Of a stretch of 32,000 bases of DNA, positions 26,766 through 32,000 are shown one piece after another. Positions within the stretch are counted from its first letter, which is position 1. Each line of letters begins with the position of its first letter. Origin of the DNA: Halogeometricum borinquense DSM 11551 (lineage in GTDB: Archaea; Halobacteriota; Halobacteria; Halobacteriales; Haloferacaceae); NCBI RefSeq assembly GCF_000172995.2, contig NC_014729.1:2640001-2672000 (forward strand), in the 5' to 3' direction. The notes beneath the pieces are model-generated. The model did not search any database, had not been told where the DNA came from, and was given only the letters and a program-made list of their open reading frames with translations. The translations under genes were made by a program, and so were the position numbers.

Positions 26766-27524
26766 ATGCGCCGGGATGCCCCCCTCGCCGCCGTCCTCAC
26801 ACCCGTCGCGTTCACCAGTTATCTCCTCAGTCTCCGCGTCCGTCCGGGAGTGGTGAACGACCCACGAACGGTCCTCCTGTACATCGTGCTATTGGCCGCT
26901 ATCGGATTACTGGTTGTCGTCGGGCACCGCCGGGGACTGCTCACGCCACTCCCAATCACCACCGTACTGTTGTTACTCGTCCCGTGGGTTGGGTTCGGCC
27001 CGCGCGTCGGTCCCGGACCGAGAGGTGTCGAACCCGAATCGCTCATCGTCTTCGACTTTCTGGTCGGCGTCGCCCTCGCCGGAACTGTCGTCCTCTCCCT
27101 CGCTGTGGTTGAACACCTCGCTCTCAAGCATCCTCGGGTGAACGACGCCCTCGACGGCGAGACGGGCGTCGGTTCTCTCTCCGTCGGCGTCCTCCACGCC
27201 GCTATCGTCATCGGTTTCTCCGGACTCCAATTCCACTCGTTAGAACCCGCCACGGTCGGCCTTGCAGTCTGGGTCACGACCGGTCTCGTTTTCCTCGGGG
27301 CGGTGCCCATCTACGTCGCTCTCAAGACAGGGCGACTCTCACCTGCCGGCGTCATCGGGACGGGGGTTGGACTCGTCCTCGTTGCACCAGCCGGCGGGCA
27401 GTTGTCGTTCGGGTCGCTGTACGCCGTCTGTTGGCTCCTTCCGTTCGTCCTCTCGTTGCTCGCCGCAGACGCGGAACGGCGACTGCGACGACGACACGCG
27501 AACGAATCGAGTGTCAAGGCCTGA
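26766..27524 (+). CDS. Polytopic membrane protein, unknown function, 252 aa
   Basis: About 6-7 hydrophobic segments, an ATG start and coding-like GC3. I recognise no motif. Confidence 0.6.
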   Translation: MRRDAPLAAVLTPVAFTSYLLSLRVRPGVVNDPRTVLLYIVLLAAIGLLVVVGHRRGLLTPLPITTVLLLLVPWVGFGPRVGPGPRGVEPESLIVFDFLVGVALAGTVVLSLAVVEHLALKHPRVNDALDGETGVGSLSVGVLHAAIVIGFSGLQFHSLEPATVGLAVWVTTGLVFLGAVPIYVALKTGRLSPAGVIGTGVGLVLVAPAGGQLSFGSLYAVCWLLPFVLSLLAADAERRLRRRHANESSVKA

Positions 27525-27545
27525 AACGATAGCTCCCAGATTTGC

Positions 27546-28538
27546 TCAGGGTGCCGAGGACGGAACGACGACGAGTCCGCTCGGGACCTGTCGTTCGAAT
27601 GCGTCCGGCCAGTCGATGCCGACGCGTTCGAACGAGTCGCCGCCGTCACCCGTCCGGTACAGACCGCGGTTTGTGACGGCGTAGAACTCACCACCGCGGC
27701 GCCCGCGGTCGAGGACAGCGCGGACGATACCCGACCCCGTGGGAATCCCCGAACCGAGTTGTTCCCACGTCTCGTCACCCGTACGCCGGTACAGATACGA
27801 CTCCGCGTGGTCAACGTTGTGCGCGACGCGAGCGCTCTGCGCGGCAGAGACGAGAATACGGGAGGGATCAGCGGCGTCTACGGCGACGCTCCAACAGTAC
27901 TGATGATTCAGGCCCTTCTGCGGATACGTCCACGTCTCGCCGCCGTCGGACGTCTCAGCGTAACCGTCGCCCGCTGCTGCCCACGCGTGGTCGGGGGCAT
28001 CCGTGTGCGTCGCCATCGAGTGTGTGTCTCGGCGGGCCGACGGAACGCGATCCGACCACGTCTCACCGCCGTCGTGTGTCTGAATTAACGCACCCGCCTC
28101 GATACTGACGTACAGGTGGTCGGGATCGTGAGGATCCGGTTCGATCCACCGGACGTGGTGGGTATGTGGCCGCGGCGGGAACGACCACGAGGACGCAGAG
28201 GACAGGTCGGTCAGACCGTTGAGTTTGGTCCACGTCTCGCCCGCATCGTCCGACCGAAACACCGCACTCGGTTCCGTTCCTGCGTACACCACCTCGGCGT
28301 CGTGCGGGGAGACAGCGACGCTTGTCACCGACTTCGGGAGCGTATCTTTGCCAACGCGATGCCACGTTTCGCCCGCATCATCCGTCCGATGGAGTCCCGT
28401 ATTGAACGTTCCGCAGAACGCGCATGCAGGTGCTGCGTCGGCAGATTCGAGACACTCCACGTCGTAGCCGTCGAACTTCCGGTGTGCGGCCGGTGAGTCG
28501 TCTCCGGGACCGTGGGCGACGAGAACGCCCCCGCGCAT
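27546..28538 (-). CDS. BNR/Asp-box repeat beta-propeller protein (sialidase/Ycf48-like fold) with no signal peptide
   Basis: Repeated Asp-boxes are present: TDDAGETW, SDDAGETW, THDGGETW, TSDGGETW and TGDGGDSF. I prefer the start at ATG 28538 (MRGGVLVAHG). Confidence 0.8.
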   Translation of the reverse strand: MRGGVLVAHGPGDDSPAAHRKFDGYDVECLESADAAPACAFCGTFNTGLHRTDDAGETWHRVGKDTLPKSVTSVAVSPHDAEVVYAGTEPSAVFRSDDAGETWTKLNGLTDLSSASSWSFPPRPHTHHVRWIEPDPHDPDHLYVSIEAGALIQTHDGGETWSDRVPSARRDTHSMATHTDAPDHAWAAAGDGYAETSDGGETWTYPQKGLNHQYCWSVAVDAADPSRILVSAAQSARVAHNVDHAESYLYRRTGDETWEQLGSGIPTGSGIVRAVLDRGRRGGEFYAVTNRGLYRTGDGGDSFERVGIDWPDAFERQVPSGLVVVPSSAP

Positions 28539-28689
28539 CCCGACGTAACAGATAGTCACGAGTACACCTACCACGTCAGGTAACTTGACAGTTGTGTGAG
28601 TAGTAGCCGCCTGTCACGAGCCGACCGGAATTATCTATTTCGAAAATCAGTTGCACAGATTCATTGTCTTCCAATTTGACAAACGAGAT

Positions 28690-28893
28690 ATGTCTGCGAA
28701 CGTAACGGCGAGATACGCGCTCGGGATGTGTGGACTCGTCGTTGGCGGGTTCTGGCTGGCGGGGTTCCTGCTCTCCGTTGAGGTGGGGGCCGCCGCAGGG
28801 TCGAACACCGTCACGGCAACGAAGAGCGTCGGCATCTTCTCGCTTGCTATCTCGCTCTCCGCGGCTGTAATGCTTCTCGCTGTCGTAGAGTAA
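28690..28893 (+). CDS. Possible small membrane protein with two TM helices, 67 aa
   Basis: Two hydrophobic helices (LGMCGLVVGGFWLAGFLLSV and VGIFSLAISLSAAVMLLAVV) and a GC3-rich frame, with no homology that I recognise. Confidence 0.45.
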   Translation: MSANVTARYALGMCGLVVGGFWLAGFLLSVEVGAAAGSNTVTATKSVGIFSLAISLSAAVMLLAVVE

Positions 28894-28905
28894 TCCAGCC
28901 ACCAG

Positions 28906-29101
28906 ATGAGCAGCGACGTGAGTCTCCCTCGGATAGGAGGCGACGTGTCTCTGCTCTCCGATAAGAGGCGACGTGTCTCTGCTCTCCGATAAGAGGCGAC
29001 GTGTCTCTGCTCTCCGATAAGAGGCGACGTGTCTCTGCTCTCCGATAAGAGGCGACGTGTCTTTTCGTTCGGATAAATAGCGACAGGTCTCTGTCTTTCG
29101 G
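28906..29101. repeat. Tandem direct repeat array, 28-bp unit GTCTCTGCTCTCCGATAAGAGGCGACGT: four perfect copies flanked by degenerate copies, about 7 units in total
   Basis: Perfect head-to-tail copies at 28947-28974, 28975-29002, 29003-29030 and 29031-29058. Degenerate copies at 28906-28919, 28920-28946, 29059-29086 and 29087 to about 29101. There are no spacers, the period is not a multiple of 3, and no ORF covers the array. Confidence 0.97.
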
Positions 29102-29158
29102 TCGTGAGAACGGGAAGAAAACAGAATGATAAGCGAAAACGACTGGTGACAGGATGTG

Positions 29159-32000
29159 TCAGTCGTCGCTCGCCGCTTTGGCGGGTTTGCGGCGGTCCGA
29201 GCGCGGGCCGTCGATCTCTACGTCGGGAAGGAGGTCACGGAGGTACCGTCCCGTGTGCGACTGTTCGACTCGCGCAACTTCCTCGGGCGTGCCGGTGGCG
29301 ACGACTTCGCCGCCGTTCTCGCCGCCTTCTGGACCGAGGTCAACGATGTTGTCGGCGTTTTTCACCAAGTCGAGTTCGTGTTCGACGACGACGACGGTGT
29401 TGCCGTTATCAGTGAGGCGTTGCAGAACCTCGATGAGTTTTCGTTCGTCCTCCTTGTGGAGGCCCGTCGTCGGTTCGTCCAAGAGATAGAGTGTGTCGCC
29501 CGCCTGCTTTTTGCCTAACTCCTCTGCGAGTTTAACGCGCTGGGCCTCTCCACCCGAGAGCGTCGTCGAGGGCTGTCCGAGCGTCATGTAGCCGAGACCG
29601 ACGTCTTCGAGCAGTTGGAGACGGCGACGAATCTGCGAGTTCGACTCGAAGAATTCGAGGGCTTCAGACACCTCCATATCCAGCACGTCAGAGATGGTTT
29701 TGTCCTTATACGTCACATCGAGTGTGGCGTCGTTGTAGCGCGCGCCGTCGCACTCCTCGCAGGGCACGTACACGTCCGAGAGGAAGTTCATCTCGATCTT
29801 CACTGTCCCCTGCCCGCCGCAGGCCTCACACCGGCCGCCCTTGACGTTGAACGAGAAGCGACCCTTCTCGTAGCCGCGTTGCTTCGAGAGTTTGGTCTCC
29901 GCGAACAGTTCGCGGATGTAGTCGAAGACGCCGGTGTACGTCGCGGGGTTCGAACGCGGCGTCCGGCCGATGGGTGACTGGTCGATGAGGCGAACCGTCT
30001 CGATATGCTCGATGCCCTCGATGGCGTCGTGATCACCGGGGTGGACGGAGGTGTTGTCGTTCATCGTCCGCGCGAGACCTTTGTACAGAATCTCGTGCAT
30101 CAGCGTGGATTTGCCGGATCCGGAGACGCCCGTGATGGCGGTGAACTGCCCGATTGGGAGCTCTACGTCGAGATCTTTTAGATTGTGTTGCCGCGCGCCG
30201 CGGACGGTGAGGAAGTTCTCGGAACTGCGGCGCTCGTCGGGGACGGGAATCTCCTTGCGCCCCGAGAGGTAGTCGCCAGTGATAGAGTCGTCAGCCGCGC
30301 AGATATCGTCGAAGTCTCCCTGTACGACGACTTCGCCGCCGCGTTTGCCCGGACCGGGACCCATGTCCACGACGTTGTCAGCGCGGCGCATCGTCTCCTC
30401 GTCGTGTTCGACGACGATGAGCGTGTTTCCGAGGTCGCGGAGTCCTTCGAGCGTGTTCAACAGGCGGTCGTTGTCGCGTTGGTGGAGCCCGATAGAAGGT
30501 TCGTCAAGGACGTAGAGGACGCCGACGAGACCGGATCCGACCTGCGTTGCGAGACGAATCCGCTGGCTCTCGCCGCCCGAGAGCGTCGAGGCCTCTCTGT
30601 CGAGTGTGAGATATTCGAGACCCACTTCCTCCATGAAGCCGAGACGGGCGCGGATCTCTTTCAGAATCTCCTCGGCGATGGTGCGCTCCCTCTCGTCGAG
30701 TTCGGCTTCCAGCCCCTCGAAATGTTCGAGCGCGTCGCCGATGCTCATTCGGTTGACTTCAGTGATGGACGTATCGGCGACGAGGACGTGCCGCGATTGT
30801 TCTTTCAGACGCGTGCCGTCACAGTCCGGACAGGTGGTGACGGCCATGTAGTCCTCGATGTGTTCGCGCGTCGAGTCGGAGTCCGTCTCGACGTGGCGGC
30901 GTTCGAGGTTCGGGATAACACCCTCGAAGCGCTTTTCTTTCCGGCGCGTCCCGTTGCGCGTCTGTCGTTTGAACACGACCTGTTCGTCGGTACCGTAGAG
31001 GAACTGTCGCTGCACGTCCTCGTCTAACTCCTCGAACGGCGTGTCCACGGAGACGTCGAAGTGAGCCGCCACCGAGTCGATTCGCGTGCGGTAGTACGAG
31101 CGGTTGTACGACCACGGTTCGAAGACGTGCTTGACCGGCTTCGAGGAGTCCACAACGACGAGGTCCTCGTCCACCTCTTTGGTCTGCCCGAGGCCCTCAC
31201 AGGCCGGACACGCACCGTGCGGGCTGTTAAAGGAGAACGACCGCGTCTCTATCTCGGTAAACTGGAAATCGGAGTTCGGGTTCCCCAACTCCTCCGAGAA
31301 CTGGACGACGAGTCTATCGTCGCCCTCGCCCGCGAGATCACCCGTCGAACGCGTGTTCGAGCCGAACGGCACGTCTTCCGGCGGGTCGGGGACGACGAGT
31401 TTCAACACGCCGTCGGCCTCCGTCAGCGCCGTCTCGACGCTGTCTGCGATACGGGACCGGTCTTCGGGTCGAATCTTCACCCGATCGACAACTACGTCGA
31501 TGGTGTGGTCGTAGTTCTTGTCGAGATCCGGTCGGTTGACCGTGAGATCGAACGCTTCGCCGTCCACTTCGACGCGGGCGTAGCCGTCGGCGACGAGTTC
31601 GTCGAACAGATCCTCGAACGCCCCTTTCTGGTCGCGGACGACGGGAGCGACGATTTTCGCTCTCGTCCCGTCAGGAAGCGAGAGAATCTGCGTGACCATG
31701 TCCTGTGCGGACTGCTCGCCGACCTCTTCGCCCGTGAGAGGGTCGTACTGCGTCCCGACGCGAGCGTACAGGAGGCGGAGATAGTCGTGCAGTTCGGTGA
31801 CGGTGCCGACGGTGGAACGGGGGTTGTTCGCCGCGTTCTTCTGATCGATGGAGATCGCAGGCGAGAGACCTTCGACGGCCTCCACCTGCGGTTTGTCCAT
31901 CTGCCCGAGGAAGTTACGGGCGTACGCCGACAGCGACTCGATATACCGTCGCTGGCCTTCGGCGTAAATCGTCTCGAAGGCGAGCGACGACTTGCCCGAC
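29159..32000 (-). CDS. uvrA: Excinuclease ABC subunit A (UvrA), with the N-terminus truncated by the window edge
   Basis: Both ABC ATPase modules are present (GVSGSGKSTL, LSGGEAQRVKLA/LYLLDEPTTGLH, LSGGESQRIRLA/LYVLDEPSIGLH), along with zinc modules (CPDCDG, CEACGGQG...CEECDG). Reverse translation of 31901-32000 continues in frame as SGKSSLAFETIYAEGQRRYIESLSAYARNFLGQ, so the gene runs beyond 32000. Confidence 0.97.
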   Translation of the reverse strand, partial: SGKSSLAFETIYAEGQRRYIESLSAYARNFLGQMDKPQVEAVEGLSPAISIDQKNAANNPRSTVGTVTELHDYLRLLYARVGTQYDPLTGEEVGEQSAQDMVTQILSLPDGTRAKIVAPVVRDQKGAFEDLFDELVADGYARVEVDGEAFDLTVNRPDLDKNYDHTIDVVVDRVKIRPEDRSRIADSVETALTEADGVLKLVVPDPPEDVPFGSNTRSTGDLAGEGDDRLVVQFSEELGNPNSDFQFTEIETRSFSFNSPHGACPACEGLGQTKEVDEDLVVVDSSKPVKHVFEPWSYNRSYYRTRIDSVAAHFDVSVDTPFEELDEDVQRQFLYGTDEQVVFKRQTRNGTRRKEKRFEGVIPNLERRHVETDSDSTREHIEDYMAVTTCPDCDGTRLKEQSRHVLVADTSITEVNRMSIGDALEHFEGLEAELDERERTIAEEILKEIRARLGFMEEVGLEYLTLDREASTLSGGESQRIRLATQVGSGLVGVLYVLDEPSIGLHQRDNDRLLNTLEGLRDLGNTLIVVEHDEETMRRADNVVDMGPGPGKRGGEVVVQGDFDDICAADDSITGDYLSGRKEIPVPDERRSSENFLTVRGARQHNLKDLDVELPIGQFTAITGVSGSGKSTLMHEILYKGLARTMNDNTSVHPGDHDAIEGIEHIETVRLIDQSPIGRTPRSNPATYTGVFDYIRELFAETKLSKQRGYEKGRFSFNVKGGRCEACGGQGTVKIEMNFLSDVYVPCEECDGARYNDATLDVTYKDKTISDVLDMEVSEALEFFESNSQIRRRLQLLEDVGLGYMTLGQPSTTLSGGEAQRVKLAEELGKKQAGDTLYLLDEPTTGLHKEDERKLIEVLQRLTDNGNTVVVVEHELDLVKNADNIVDLGPEGGENGGEVVATGTPEEVARVEQSHTGRYLRDLLPDVEIDGPRSDRRKPAKAASDD

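Noticed and set aside
22-28594. Recurrent TTGACAG heptamer at about 22, 3614, 22567, 25487, 25543 and 28587, as a possible dispersed regulatory motif.
   Set aside because: The count is only modestly above expectation for a 7-mer in 32 kb. One copy is inside a coding region and two belong to the 14-bp array. I know of no archaeal promoter element that matches.
28906-29101. The tandem arrays here, at 515-618 and at 25470-25554 as possible CRISPR arrays.
   Set aside because: The units abut directly with no unique spacers, the copy numbers are small, the edges decay gradually, and the window contains no cas genes or leader-like sequence.
1-32000. The window as a genomic island, provirus or defence island.
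   Set aside because: I see no integrase, transposase, tRNA target, att-like long direct repeats or cas/RM/TA genes, and no sustained GC drop. The gene content is conserved housekeeping, and the only low-GC stretches are short promoter-containing gaps.

Overview
The window looks like a core chromosomal segment of a haloarchaeon (class Halobacteria). The evidence is high GC, strongly acidic proteins, a halobacterial transducer (Htr), a Tat + PGF-CTERM surface protein, and TATA-like elements about 25-30 nt upstream of many ATGs, which suggests leaderless mRNAs. I call about 30 tightly packed genes, and most are housekeeping:
- DNA and RNA transactions: uvrA (partial), a UvrD-like helicase, a PIN-ATPase-KH protein and the FAU-1 RNase.
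- Peptidases: M20, M32, M24 and PrsW.
- Cofactor and lipid genes: riboflavin synthase, a NifU-like protein, a YgfZ/GcvT-like protein and a geranylgeranyl reductase family protein.
- Other: an SLC13/TrkA-C permease, a ROK kinase, a Usp, an SDR, two small wHTH proteins and several small membrane or zinc-finger proteins.

I see no rRNA, tRNA, CRISPR-cas, integrase, transposase or obvious horizontally acquired island, and no convincing defence or mobile system. The genes do not explain three unrelated, spacer-less tandem repeat arrays with 35, 14 and 28 bp units, each lying in a convergent (3'-to-3') intergenic gap. The most distinctive is a 28-bp array of about 7 units next to the uvrA 3' end.

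Secondary curiosities:
- A very acidic double zinc-ribbon protein with nine heptapeptide repeats, paired divergently with a wHTH gene.
- A 125-aa unknown ORF that overlaps the FAU-1 RNase gene by ATGA.
- A CPxCG micro-protein upstream of the UvrD-like helicase.
- A 9-nt direct repeat bracketing the ROK kinase promoter.

All family assignments come from reading motifs in the translations. No database search was run.
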